Of a stretch of 64,000 nt of DNA, positions 10,845-23,809 are shown in pieces. The notes beneath the pieces are model-generated. The model was not told the DNA's origin. It did no database searches and saw only the letters and a list, made by a program, of their open reading frames with translations. Source of the DNA: Octopus vulgaris (lineage: Eukaryota); assembly GCA_951406725.2 (NCBI GenBank), contig OX597823.1, positions 91,450,001 through 91,514,000 of the forward strand, given 5' to 3'. The stretch's first letter is position 1, and each line of letters opens with the position of its first letter. The position numbers were made by a program, and so were the translations under genes.

Positions 10845-12308
10845 AACCAGCTTGCTTCCGGTTACCCATAGTGCATTTGGTTTGTTGTTTGTGTGCGAGT
10901 CGGACGTTTTTCCTTTTGCTGCTTTGAGGTTAGTAATGTACTCGGACCTTAGCGGGTCAGAGCTATCTTCTTCAACGGAGGAGCTGCTGAGAGCAGTAGA
11001 AGGCATGGATGAATATTTGAAGAAAACGAAGTTTCGCAGAGGCTGTGGAGGTGAAGAGAAAAGAGGTGGATTTATCAAGAATGAAGGAGCATGGAAAAAA
11101 GGTGCAGAATGTGGGCGGCAACGTGACGTTGTCACCTCCACAAAGGATAATGGATGGCATAAAAAGAAGAATGGTCATATACAAAGTTTACTCGATAAAG
11201 AGTAAGAAGGTCGACCTAATAGAAATAGAGAAAATAGAAAAGGCAGTAAAGGAGGAATCCAACAGAGTAATATACATGACAAGAGGATGCCAATATGGGA
11301 CAATGGTAGTCCAGTTTAGAACAGAGGAGGAGGCAAGGAGGCTGGCGGGCAAAACGGTAAAGACAAAAGAAATGGTCCTTCTACCCACGTATCTTGGAAG
11401 AAGGACTTCTAAGATAAGCGTAGAAGGAATTCCGCCTGATATAAATGTGGCTTGGGTAGCGGCAGCTGTCCTTGTTGGAAGCGAGGAGAAGGTGGCTGTC
11501 CTCCAAGCCACAGAAACAGAAGAAGGAGGGTGGAAAGATAGACGCTCGAGTTAATTATTCAGACGGAGGAGGGACAACTTGAGAACTTGGCAGAGACTGT
11601 GACGCTGGGGGAAATCGTGCTGAGGGTTTTGGTAGAGGGCAGAGTACCACGTTGTTTTAAATGTGGCCAAAAGGGCCACATTAGAGCATACTGCCCTCTA
11701 CGAAGAACTACGACTGAGAATATAGTTGCGGAGACAGAAGAGAAAAGAGAGGAAGACAAAATAGACGAAGGAAATGATAAAAAAAGAGGAAGAATGGAAA
11801 ATTGCAGAGCGCAATAGGAGAAAGAGAAAAAAAAAGAAAAGATACTGAGTATGATGTGGCACCCCCAGTCCAACCCCATCCCACTCAAGACTACTCAGAC
11901 CAACCCTCCCCATACAGACACCAAACCCACCCACCCCATTTCTCCTCAAGAAAAAAGAAAAGACACCACAAAATTTAGAAGAACCCACTCCTGGTGGAAA
12001 AGGTTATGAATGCATGACGGAGAGAATATTAACATTAAGTGACTGTGAAAAGGGAAAAAGGATTGGACGAAAAGAGAAAAAGGACTCAGGACCCAGAGAC
12101 AGCGAGTTGTGTTAGTGTGGGGTGAGTAGCACACTCTTCATAATATCATTTTCAGATATCATTCATATTATCATAATTTAATTTGTTCTTCATGTGCATT
12201 TTCATGTTCATTCATTATATCATATTTTATTTTTAATTGTTATATGTCCCACATGTGTTGTAGTGTCCTCTCTGTGTAATGCCTTTATGGCAATTTAAAA
12301 GAAATAAA
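10845..12308 (+). mobile_element. ORF1-only non-LTR element (L1/Tx1-like ORF1, frameshifted)
   Basis: Broken ORF ~10937-11817 with RRM-like segment (VVQFRTEEEA..ISVEGIPPDI) and CCHC knuckle CFKCGQKGHIRAYC; no RT; ends ...aaagaaataaa; flanked by the direct repeat gtagcttgct. Confidence 0.7.
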
Positions 12309-12329
12309 GTAGCTTGCTTATATATATAT

Positions 12330-12827
12330 ACTAGCAGTATCGCCTGGCGTTGCTCGGGTTTGTAAGGGAAATAACTATATAAGCATTTTTAGAGAGTTAC
12401 TTCCCTTATAGATGCCAATTCGGGCTTTCTTAGCCATTTCTGTTTTGGTGTCTTCAAGCCATGAAGTTATTGTTCTAAAAGAACGCTGGTCTCCTTGACA
12501 ACGCTTTACGACGTTGATTTCCTTACACTCCCTTCCCCACAGCTTCACGAGGGAGGGAAGAAGGGGGAGAAGCAAACAGGTGCAGGTGTGACCATGGACG
12601 CCAACTCCGCCTCCATCGACACATGAAAAATTATGCATTAAAATGGAATAAAAAATGATGTTAAATTATTTAAAAAATGGTAGACTCATCGTAGACGCGC
12701 GCTAATACCCAGACGGGCTTGATATGAATCCCGACTATAAGATACCCGAATTTGGCTAAACTGCATCGCAAAATGTGGGAGTAGTTAGGAATCTAAATCG
12801 AAGGGGACAGACACTCACACAACTAGA

Positions 12828-12858
<31 letters not shown>
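12330..12858 (-). mobile_element. Non-autonomous Helitron-like element
   Basis: Minus-strand 3' end: imperfect hairpin cccgagcaacgccagg then ...ctgCTAGt; homologous to 24533-24929. Confidence 0.7.
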
Positions 12859-12860
<2 letters not shown>

Positions 12861-13011
12861 GCCCACTGAACTCAACACATTTCATTCTCTTTCTATTTAT
12901 TTCCTCTTATTCCTTTCTGCTGAACGCTCAAAATGTAAAAGACTTTTCCATTTTCCCCAAGCATCATTCCTACACCTGTCTTTGTCTTTCTATAAATTTG
13001 AACCATATATC

Positions 13012-13046
<35 letters not shown>

Positions 13047-13383
13047 TCCTTAGACTTCAACCTACATTGGTTTTTTTAGAAACGAAGTATTTTGATATAT
13101 TTTTAATTGAGGGGTAAAACCATTTTTTAGTCGATTGACACACTTTAGTAATTCATTTTGATTACTTATTGTTAGTCAATTTGTATATACCTTTTCTTGA
13201 TAGGCCTCTCTATAAATTTTGTATTTTTATTTGCATATATATTTTTTACCTTCTGTTTTTTTATATGTATTCGTTTTATATGTTGAAGGCCATGGTAGTA
13301 TTTATATATGATGAAATAAATGGAAGCGTGGTATTATATAAAGTCTTTGACTCAAATTTGAAGTTTGTTCTCTAATAAATGGT

Positions 13384-13443
<60 letters not shown>

Positions 13444-13578
13444 GAGAGTGGTCACTATATGGCTCACTCTAGCACTAGTTAATCCAAAAGGTTTCAACCA
13501 CAAAAATACATGTTTCCCATGAAAGTCAGTACGATTGTTAGCTCACACGAACAGGGCAAATAAAAAATAACAAAAATA

Positions 13579-13674
13579 CAGATTATTTTGGGACAATTGT
13601 TTCGCTATTAATGAATTAAATGTAATTTTACTTACAAAAAAATCCACTTGTAGCTCCTCAGCCAAAACTATCTG
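13579..13674 (-). ncRNA. Type I hammerhead ribozyme (inverted copy)
   Basis: Reverse complement of 13748-13843. Confidence 0.8.
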
Positions 13675-13747
13675 GATGTAATCAATTGAACCACATGTGT
13701 ATTTATCGTTATGGTAAAATCTGGCGTGTGATTGAGTGGATTTCATC

Positions 13748-13843
13748 CAGATAGTTTTGGCTGAGGAGCTACAAGTGGATTTTTTTGTAAGTAAAATTAC
13801 ATTTAATTCATTAATAGCGAAACAATTGTCCCAAAATAATCTG
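13748..13843 (+). ncRNA. Type I hammerhead ribozyme, Penelope-type
   Basis: Stem I cagatagttttgg/ccaaaataatctg; CUGAGGA 13761-13767; stem II gcta/tagc; GAA; palindromic stem III acaattgt; GUC site at 13830. Confidence 0.8.
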
Positions 13844-14118
13844 TATTTTTGTTATTTTTTATTTGCCCTGTTCGTGTGAGCTAACAATCGTACTGACTTT
13901 CATGGGAAACATGTATTTTTGTGGTTGAAACCTTTTGGATTAACTAGTGCTAGAGTGAGCCATATAGTGACCACTCTCTTATATTTATTTTTGTAAAAAT
14001 ATTATAATATATTATAAAATATTATAATAATCCAGGTTTCTCGGAGCACTGGGCCACTTGGTGTTGAATAGATATACTATTAAATTAGTATCTAATTCTC
14101 TCACCCTTATTAATTAAT

Positions 14119-14149
<31 letters not shown>

Positions 14150-15300
14150 GTGTGTATGTATATATGTGTGTGCATGTGTGTGTATGTGTATGTGTGTGTG
14201 TCTTTGTGTGTTGACAACTGATGTTGATGTGTTCATGTCCCCATGACTGAGCAGTTCGGCACAAAAGATTGATAGAATAGTTACCAGGCTTAAAAAATGA
14301 ATAAATACTTGAGTTGCTTCAGCCCCGGCAGAAAAAAACATGTTCAAGAGAGCCCAGTTATGAAACAGAGTTAGAGAGCTGTAGGTTCAGAGCCCTCCAT
14401 GATCTGAAGAACAGCAGCAGCAGCAACAACAACACCAACACCAACAGTAACACATTCCATAACAAAACAGTCAACAATGAAACAATAAGACAGACCCATC
14501 ACAGTTCTTTAATCCATGACTCAAATTATGTGAAATGGTATCATCCATATTCTTAGAATGGAATTACATGCTGAGTGTTATGGTACTTGAAACAATATGT
14601 TTGGGAACAACAGATGGAATGGTCAGGATTAGAATGTCTCAGAGCAGAGATTAGCTTAATCAAAACATCTTAGAAATATATACCAGCAACTACACCAAAT
14701 ATAAGAAAGAAGATTTGATAAAGGTATTCACTTTATCCTGCCCCTGGGTATATTGTGGAAGAATGAAAGAGGGAATGTACATACAGCTCTATACACATAA
14801 GCAGATTTCCATATGTATGTATATATGTATATATACGCACACACGTACACAGGTACACAAGTATAGCTGTGTGGTAAGAAGCTTGCTTCCCAACTACATG
14901 GTTCTGGGTTCAGTCCCACAGTGTGGCACCTTGGGCAAGTGTGTGTGTCTCCGTGCACGTCTCTATGTGTGTGCGTATATACATCTGTTTGTGTGTGTGA
15001 GCCGTTTTTGATTGGTCCCAGAGTTTATTGTGGCGTGTGTATATGGGTCTGTGTGTGTTTTATATTTGGTAGGTGGTGTGTGTGTGTATATATGTGTGCA
15101 TCTGTGGGTACGTGTGTATGTTCCTCTGTTTTGTGTTGGTGGGGATGTTATGTGTGTGTATGTGAGTGTGTATGTGTGTCTCTGTCTGAGTATGTGTTAT
15201 AATTGTTTTAATTGTCTTTGACATTCTCTCTCTCTCTCTCTCACGTGTATATATATTGAAATATGTCCTTATGAAATGAAAATAACTTCTAACATCTGCT

Positions 15301-15339
<39 letters not shown>

Positions 15340-15341
<2 letters not shown>

Positions 15342-15810
15342 TTACCAGAATCATCAATGTATTGGACAAAATGATTAGTGACATTTCATCCTTCTTTACA
15401 TTCTGGGTTTTAACTTGCTGCCTTCCCTGAGATTGTTGGCCTTGTGCCAAAATCTGAAGCCATTATTATTATTATCATCATCATCACCATCATCATCATT
15501 ATTATTGCGATGAGTTGGCAGAACTGTTAGCACTTTGGACAAAATGCTGCCAAGGTTGACTTTTCCTTCCATCCTTTCAGGGTTGATGAAAATATATATC
15601 AGTTGAGTCCTGGGGTCAATGTAATCGACTAGAGCATTTCCCACAAAATTTCAGGCCTAATGCCTATAGTAGAAAGAATTATTATTATTAAAGCAGCAGA
15701 CAGGCAGAATCATGACCGTGTTGGACAAAATGCTTAGCAGCATTTCATCCAACTCTCTACTTTCTGAGTTCAAATTCCACTGAGGTCGACTTTGCCTTTC
15801 ATTCTTTGAG
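15340..15810 (+). mobile_element. Cluster of degenerate family B SINE fragments
   Basis: Repeated ggcagaatc...ggacaaaatgcttag and gttcaaattcc.ctgaggtcgactttgccttt motifs. Confidence 0.7.
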
Positions 15811-15859
15811 ATCTATTCCTTAACAGCATCAGAACCCTGCTTAAAACCAAACTCCACTT

Positions 15860-16005
15860 CTTGACATTAGAAAGGGCATCCAGCTGTAGAAACCTTGCCA
15901 GATCAGATTGGAGCCTGGTGCAGCCTTCTGGCTCGCCAGCCCTCAGTCAAACCGTCCAACCCATGCCAGCATGGAAAGTGGACGTTAAACAATGATGATG
16001 ATGAT
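15860..16005 (+). mobile_element. RTE 3' end fragment
   Basis: aagggcatccagctgtagaaac...gcatggaaagtggacgttaaac(gat)n, then (TA)n. Confidence 0.8.
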
Positions 16006-16014
16006 AATATAACA

Positions 16015-16052
<38 letters not shown>

Positions 16053-16302
16053 GAGAGAGAGAGCGCGAGAAAGAGAAACAGACAGACAGAGAAAGAGAGA
16101 TGACATGTATAGATTGACAGATGAAGCCAGCAAATGGAAGAACTTCGAAGTCACAATTAACCAGTTTCTTATAAAAAAAAACATGCTAATTTCCTGCAGC
16201 GAGTTATCCTTTAATTAGTCTTTTACTGCTTTCACATTAATTTTTCCTTATAAATAGACATTAAAACAATATACACACATCTATGCACAAACACATATGC
16301 AT

Positions 16303-16395
<93 letters not shown>

Positions 16396-16969
16396 TGTAC
16401 TTATATGTATACATATACATGTAGACACATACACATATACACGTGTTGCAATGTTAGAGAACAATAGGACCTCACTAATTATGAGTTCTACAGAAAGTCG
16501 TTGGACTCGTTAAATAAATCATATGAGTTCATTTGTATCTGTTTTTGGTTTGTTTTATGTTTGTTTATGTTCATTTTTTATGCTTTTGTTTTTGTTTAAT
16601 TACATTCAATATTTGCACAGGTGTTTTTTTTTTATTTTTTATATTTCATTTTTAATTTCTGATTGCAGGATTGGCAGTAACAGGTAACAACAGCAACAAC
16701 AACCACAACAACTTCAGATCTAATGTGGAACAAAAGGAAAAGAAGGGAAAAAAAGGTAAATGAAGAGAAATAAAATAAGAAAATAATAATATAAAGAATG
16801 AAGGCAATAAACTGCAAAGACAGTATTAGCCATGGCTGTATGAGCAACAATTGTCAAGAAGACCAACAAGAACAGCAACAGCAACAACAACAGCAATAAT
16901 GCCATACAAAGGAACAAGGCTAAGAAGTAGACCAGCTACATCATCACAATAACCTTAATCAAATAACAA

Positions 16970-17580
16970 ACGATGACGACAACAATAACAATTACAACAG
17001 TAGCAGCAGCAGCAGTAGTGGCAGCAGCAGCAGTATTAGCAGCAGTAGCAGCAGTAGCATCAGTAGCAGCATCAGTAGCAGTAGCAGCATCAGTAGCATT
17101 AGTAGTAACAGTAGCAGTAGCAGCAGCAGCATCAGTAGCAGCAGTAGTAACAGTAGCAGCAGCATCAGTAGCAGCAGCAGCATCAGTAGCAGCAGCAGCA
17201 GCAGTAGCAGCAGCATCAGTAGCAGCAGTAGCAGCAGCAGCAGTAGCAGCAGCAGTAGTAGCAGCAGTAGTAGCAGCAGCATCAGTAAGAGCAGCAGCAT
17301 CAGTAGCAGCAGCAGCAGCATCAGTAGCAGCAGCAGTAGCAGTAGTAGCAGCAGTAGTAGCAGCAGCATCAGTAGCAGCATCAGTAGCAGCAGTAGTAGC
17401 AGCAGTAGTAGCAGCAGCATCAGTAAGAGCAGCAGCATCAGTAGCAGCAGCAGCAGCATCAGTAGCAGCATCAGTAGCAGCAGTAGTAGCAGTAGTAGCA
17501 GCAGTAGTAGCAGCAGCATCAGTAAGAGCAGCATCAGTAGCATCAGTAGCAGCAGTAGTAGCAGCAGTAGCAGCAGTAGT
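16970..17580. repeat. Compound (GCA)/(GTA)/(TCA) trinucleotide array
   Basis: Direct reading; recurring block gcatcagtaagagcagca. Confidence 0.95.
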
Positions 17581-17915
17581 AGGTGGAGGGATAATTGGAT
17601 CTGGAATGGGGAGCCAATTAGGGTTTGTTTGTTAGATAAGTTAGTCTGCTAGAAATAGCAGTTATGGTTCCTCCTATATTGCAGTCTGATGTTCTTGAGA
17701 ATATAGGGAGAGAGCACATTGGATGATGTAGTCACTGATAGACTAGGCCTGGAAAAGGAAAAAGAGAAATAGGTGAAGACTCTTTGGTTGCGGATGGATT
17801 AATTTGTTTTGGTCAAGGATGGCTTAGGGGCGGGGGCAGCAGCAGCAACAAGAACAATAACGACAGCAGCAATAGTAAGACAGCAGCAATAACAAGGACA
17901 GCAGCAGCAACAAGT

Positions 17916-18302
17916 GGAGGCGCAATGGCCCATTGGTTAGGGCAGCGGATTCGCGGTTTCGATTCCCAGACCGGGCGTTGTGTGTGTTTATTGAGCGAAA
18001 ACACCAAAAGCTCCACGAGGCTCCGGCAGGGGGTGGTGGCGACCCCTGTTTTACTCCTTCGCCCCAACTTTCTCTCACTCTTTCTTCCTGTTTCTTGTTC
18101 CCGATTTCCTATGCAACCGCTGAGCCTGGATGCGCATTCATCCATCCGTCGATGCTCTCGGTGTCGGGGGTTGACCTGCTTTCTCTTCTGCGGGTCTTAC
18201 GAATATCAAAGGACCACGATTCGGACTTCTCCCACTACAGAGGCGCGATCTTGCGAGCTCTGGGACGAAGACCGCTTCGCTCAACAGCAACAGCAACAAC
18301 AA
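17916..18302 (+). mobile_element. tRNA-derived SINE family D with (CAA)n-like tail
   Basis: ggaggcgcaatggcccattggttagggc head, gtttcgattcc B-box; homologous to 2595-2897. Confidence 0.7.
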
Positions 18303-18489
18303 CTGGGTGACAACAACAGCAGCAATAGTAAGATAGACATCATCATCATCATCTTCATCTCTGAATATTGATATAATTAAAACAGCAGCAACTATCACAA
18401 CCACAACCACAACAACAATAGCAACAACAATAATAATTTCATTTATTTGCCACAAGGGTGAAGAATAATGGGAACAATACAGAGAGCAA

Positions 18490-19606
18490 CGAGGCTTTAA
18501 ATTTGGGGGAAGAGAATAAGTTGATTACATCGACCCCAGTGCGTAACTGGTACTTATTTAATCAACCCCGAAAGGATGAAAGGCAAAGTCGACTTCAGCA
18601 AAATTTGAACTCGTATCATAGTGATGGGCGAAATACAGCTGAGCATTTCGTCCAGCGTGCTAACAATTCTTTTCTACTCTAGGTGCAAGGCCCAAAATGT
18701 TGGGGGAGGGGGGCCAGTCGATTAGATCTGGTACAATTTATTGACTTTGAAAGGATGAAAGGCAAAATCGACCTCAGTGGACTTTGAATCCAGAACGTTA
18801 AGACAGACAAAATACCTATTTCTTTACTACCCACAAGGGGCTAAACACAGAGAGGACAAACATGGACAGACAAACGGATTAAGTCGATTACATCGACCCC
18901 AGTGCGTAACTGGTACTTAATTTATCGACCCCGAAAGGATGAAAGGCAAAGACGACCTCGGCGGAATTTGAACCCAGAACGTAACAGCAGAACAAATACC
19001 TATTTCTTTACTACCCACAAGGGGCTAAACACAGAGGGGACAAACAAGGACAGACAAACGGATTAAGTCGATTATATCAACCCCAGTGCCTAACTGGTAC
19101 TTATTTAATCAACCCCGAAAGGATGAAAGGCAAAGTCGACCTCGGCGGAATTTGAACTCAGAACGTAACAGCAGAACAAATACCTATTTCTTTACTACCC
19201 ACAAGAGGCTAAACACAGAGGGGACAAACAAGGACAGACAAACGGATTAAGTCGATTATATCAACCCCAGTGCCTATCTGGTACTTATTTAATAGACCCT
19301 GAAAGGATGAAAGGCAAAGTTGACCTTGGCAGAATTTGAACTCAGAACGTAACGGCAGACGAAATACCTATTTCTATTTCGTTATTACCCACAAGGGGCG
19401 AAACACAGAGGGGACAAACAAGGACAGACATAGGTATTAAGTCGATTACATCGACCCCAGTGCGTAATTGGTACTTAATTTATCGACCCCGAAAGGATGA
19501 AAGGCAAAGTCGACCTCGGCGGAATTTGAACTCAGAACGTAACGGCAGACGAAATACCGCTCTGCATTTCGCCCGGCGAGGTAACGATTGTGCCAACTCG
19601 CCGCCT
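18490..19606 (-). mobile_element. Tandem array of SINE family B (four 184-bp units plus two alternative-tail copies)
   Basis: Unit starts (aatacc) at 18811, 18995, 19179 and 19363; conserved gcctttcatcctttcggggtcgataaattaagtaccag domain on the minus strand. Confidence 0.9.
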
Positions 19607-19831
19607 TTCCTGCCAATAATAATTGAAAAACCAATTTTAAAGCAGTAATGTTAATTACTGCATGGTAAGAAGCTTGCTTCCATAGCACATGGTTCTGGGT
19701 TCATTCCCACTTCATGGCACCTTGGGCAAGCGTCTTACACAAAAACAAAATCAAACATTACGATACATCTTGTGCACATTTTCAACAGTTTAGTTCCTGA
19801 CACAAACACTGATTAACATACTATTTATATG

Positions 19832-20305
19832 TTGTAGTAGTAGTAATAGCAGCAGCAGCAATAGTAGTAATAGTAGCAACAGTATTGGTGTAGGTACAAT
19901 ATTAGTTATAGTGGTGGTGCTGGTTGTGATATGAATTTTGTAGAGATAGTGATGGTGGTGATGGTAATGGCTAGTATACTAGTAATGGTGGTAGTAGTAG
20001 TAGTAGTAATGGTGGTAGTAGTAATAGTAGTAGTGGTGGTACTAGTGGTAGTAGTAGTAGTAATGGTGGTAGTAGTAATAGTAGTAGTGGTGGTACTAGT
20101 GGTAGTAGTAGTAGTAATGGTGGTAGTAGTAATAGTAGTAGTGGTGGTACTAGTGGTAGTAGTAGTGGTAGTAGCAGTAATGGTGGTGGTAATAGTAGTA
20201 GTAGTAATAGTAATGGCGATAGTAGTAATTGTAGTGGTAGTAGTAGTAGTGGTTGTGGTATTACACGTGATGGTGGTGGTAGTGTTGGAAGTAGTGGTGG
20301 TAGTA
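19832..20305. repeat. Compound (GTA)/(GTG) trinucleotide array
   Basis: Direct reading. Confidence 0.95.
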
Positions 20306-20539
20306 TAAATGAGGAGACGTGTGTCGTTGAGTGAAAGGGCAGAGTACGGTTGTGGTGTGGTGGTGGTAGTGTGAAGTCGATGTTGGTGTTTTAAATACAT
20401 GGCGGGAGAGAAGTGTTTTAGTGAGGTGATGGTTGTGGTGGTGGTCGTGGCGGAGTGGATGTGAACCAATGCTTAGAGAACCTGATAATCAGGTAATAAA
20501 TGATTTTAGTATCAATGTAGGATCATGTAAGGGTGGGGT

Positions 20540-21400
20540 GGGGGGAGCTGGCAGAAAGGTTAGCACGCCGGGCGAAGTGCTTAGCGGTATTTCGTCTGCC
20601 GTTACGTTCTGAGTTCAAATTTTGCCGCGGTCGACTTTGCCTTTCATCCTTTCGGGGTCGATCAATTGAGTACCAGTTGTGTACTAGAGTCGATCTAATC
20701 GACTTAATCCGTCTGTCTGTCCTTGTTTGTCTCCTCTGTGTTTAGCCCCTTGTGGGTAGTAAAGAAATAGTTATTTCGCCTGCCATTATGTTCTGAGTTC
20801 AAATTCCGCCGAGGTTGACTTTGCCTTTCATCCTTTTGGGGTTAATAAATTAAGTACCAGTTTCATACTGGGTTCGATCTAATCAACTGGCCCCCTCCCC
20901 GAAAATATTGGGCCTTGTGCCTAAAGTAGAAAAGAATGTAAGGTCATGCTAAGGCAGGGGGAGCTGGCAGAAACATTAGCACGCCGGGCGAAATGCTTAG
21001 CGGTATTTCGCCTGTCGTTACGTTGTGAGTTCAAATTCCGCTGAGGTCGACTTTGCCTTTCATCCTTTTTGGGGTCAATTAATTAAGTACCAATTGCGTA
21101 CTGGGTACAATCTAATCAACTGGCTTCCTCCCCAAAAATTTCAGGCCTTATGCCTAAAGTAGAAAAGAATATTTTATGGTAAGAAGGGCGGCGAGTTGGC
21201 AGAAACCTTTGTACACCAGGCGAAATGCTTAGTGACATTTTGTCCGTCTTAGTGTTCTGAGTTCGAATTCTACGAAGGGCGATTTTGTCATAAATCCTTC
21301 TGGAGTCGGTAAAATAAGTACCAGTGGATCACTGGGAGTTGATGTCATCTATTTAGCCCCTCCCTCCAAATTGCTGGCCTTGTGCCAAAATTTGAAACCA
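20540..21400 (+). mobile_element. Four consecutive SINE family B copies
   Basis: gagctggcagaaa.gttagcacgccgggcgaa heads near 20544, 20961 and 21188; head-less unit at ~20770. Confidence 0.88.
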
Positions 21401-21869
21401 ATGCAGAATCACATCATTCATGCTTTACACAGACACGCATATACCTACACATCCAAACACACTGTTTTTGTATCGTTCTGAGTAGTCTTGCCTCTACATT
21501 TTGAAAGTCTAATTGTCTATGATTTATTTGCGTTGTTGTTGCACATATTGTTATAGATCATAATCATCACTATCATCTTTACCCCCACCACCGCCGCCTC
21601 CACCTCCACCATCATTAGTGGCATTATTGTTATATTACCAGCCTTATGTTTGTTCAATATTTTTTTCCCCTCTTCTATTTACCTTTGCAAACCAGAAATA
21701 ATCTCATTTAATACAAGCATCTTTACTTACTGCCAATGTTGTTGTTGTTACTGATTTTGTTTTTTGAATAATTATTTTTGTTGTTGTTGTTGTAGCCCGT
21801 TATACTACTTTAAATTAAGCACTTTCATTTTGGTCGTTGAAATGTTTACAGCTATGTAAACAAATGCAC

Positions 21870-22716
21870 TCATATGTATATATATATATATATATATATA
21901 TGCATGCATGCATATGTGTGTTATATACACAGAAACACTCATTTATTCAGATACATGTGTGTAGTCACTATGACACATATACATGTATATATATATATAT
22001 GTACACACACACACACATATATATATACACATATATATATACACACATATATATATATATACACACATATATATATACACACATATATATATATATATAC
22101 ACATATATATATACACACATATATATATATATATACACATATATATATACACACATATATATACATATATACACATATATATATACACACATATATATAT
22201 ACACACATATATATATATACACACATATATATATATAAACATATATATATATATATACACATATATACATACATACACATATATATATACACACATATAC
22301 ACATATATATATATACACATATATACACACATATATACATATATATAAATATATATATATACACATATATATATACACATATATACACACATATATATAT
22401 ACACATATATACACATATATATATATACACACATATACACATATATATATATACACATATATATATATATACACACATATATATATATACACACATATAT
22501 ATATACACACACATATATATATATACACACACATATATATATATATATATACACACACATATATATATATACACACACACATATATATATATATACACAC
22601 ACATATATATATATATACACACACATATATATATATACATATATACACACACATATATATACACATATATATATATATACACACAAATATATATATATAT
22701 ACACACACACATATAT

Positions 22717-22783
<67 letters not shown>

Positions 22784-22795
22784 ATATATATACAA
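21870..22795. repeat. Long compound (TA)n/(CA)n microsatellite
   Basis: Direct reading. Confidence 0.97.
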
Positions 22796-22842
22796 CTCGC
22801 TCAGAGATTTATTATTATATATACACTCACACACAAACACGA

Positions 22843-23397
22843 AGGAAGTAAATAGACACCTTTAATTTTCAAAATTTCTAATCTAGGTATCTTAATATGT
22901 TTTCAGCGGTGTAGAATTTACGATGTAATTCTTTTTCATTCCAGGTACCATTATATTAAACATTTGCGAAGGGTAACCACGCCACATACAAAAACTTCAG
23001 CAGAACTGTCAGATGTTCAAAGAGGTCGCATTATCGGGCAATCTGAGTCTGGTCTTAGCCAGCGAAAAATTTCCGAAAATCTTCAAATTGCTCTTGCTAC
23101 TGTTAATAGAATTATAGTGCAATTGAAAAGGCAAGGAAAAGAATCAACAGATTCTCATCCCGGCTGACTTGGGCCCTTGGAAAAGAAGCTTCGCTGTTTG
23201 AAGAGAATTGTGGAAAACGAACTCCGTTCGAAGGCTTCTGACATTGAAAAACAGCTAGAAGTTAGTCCAAGAACGTGTGTTACATATCTGCATAAGCTTG
23301 GATATTATGGGCGAGCATCTAGAAGAAAACCTCTCCTTCAAACAATTAATATGAAATAAAAGATTTGGAAAATTAAAGGTGTCTATTTACATCCTGC
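22843..23397 (+). mobile_element. Internally deleted Tc1-like DNA transposon
   Basis: Inverted repeats gtaaatagacacctttaattttc / gaaaattaaaggtgtctatttac; transposase N-terminal HTH (ELSDVQRGRIIG..GLSQRKIS..VNRII..LGYYGRASRRKPLL) with a stop; no DDE domain. Confidence 0.85.
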
Positions 23398-23809
23398 ATA
23401 TCTGTGTATATATATATATATGTTGTATGTGAGTATGTATATATGTGTGTGTGGGAATTTGTGTTTTAATTTACAAACAAAGGACGCAGTAGTGAATAGA
23501 TTTGTAGAATTTATATCTTCAAGTCGAAGAACTCATCCAGTCACTGTTCTCTGTTCACGTGAGCAGTGGCCATGAAACTTGAGAAGCAGGAACACAAAAC
23601 TCAGGCAGCGACAGGAGAAAACCTTAATTTCATGAGTAAATGTGACTGTGTGGTAGGTATTTTGCTCCCCAACTACATAGCTCTGAGTTAGGTCCCACTT
23701 TGTGCCATCTTCGGCTAGTGTCTTCTACTAGAGCCTGGAGCTGACCAAAGACATGTACTTGGATTTGGGAGAAGGAAACCGAATTATGTTCGTTATACAT
23801 AGGTATGAA

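Noticed and set aside
16973-17635. Ala/Val-rich and poly-Leu ORFs (also 4928-5874, 63159-63595)
   Set aside because: Microsatellite-derived
21837-22851. Long YI/HT/CV-repeat ORFs (also near 28729, 37231, 51000, 56100)
   Set aside because: Translations of dinucleotide microsatellites
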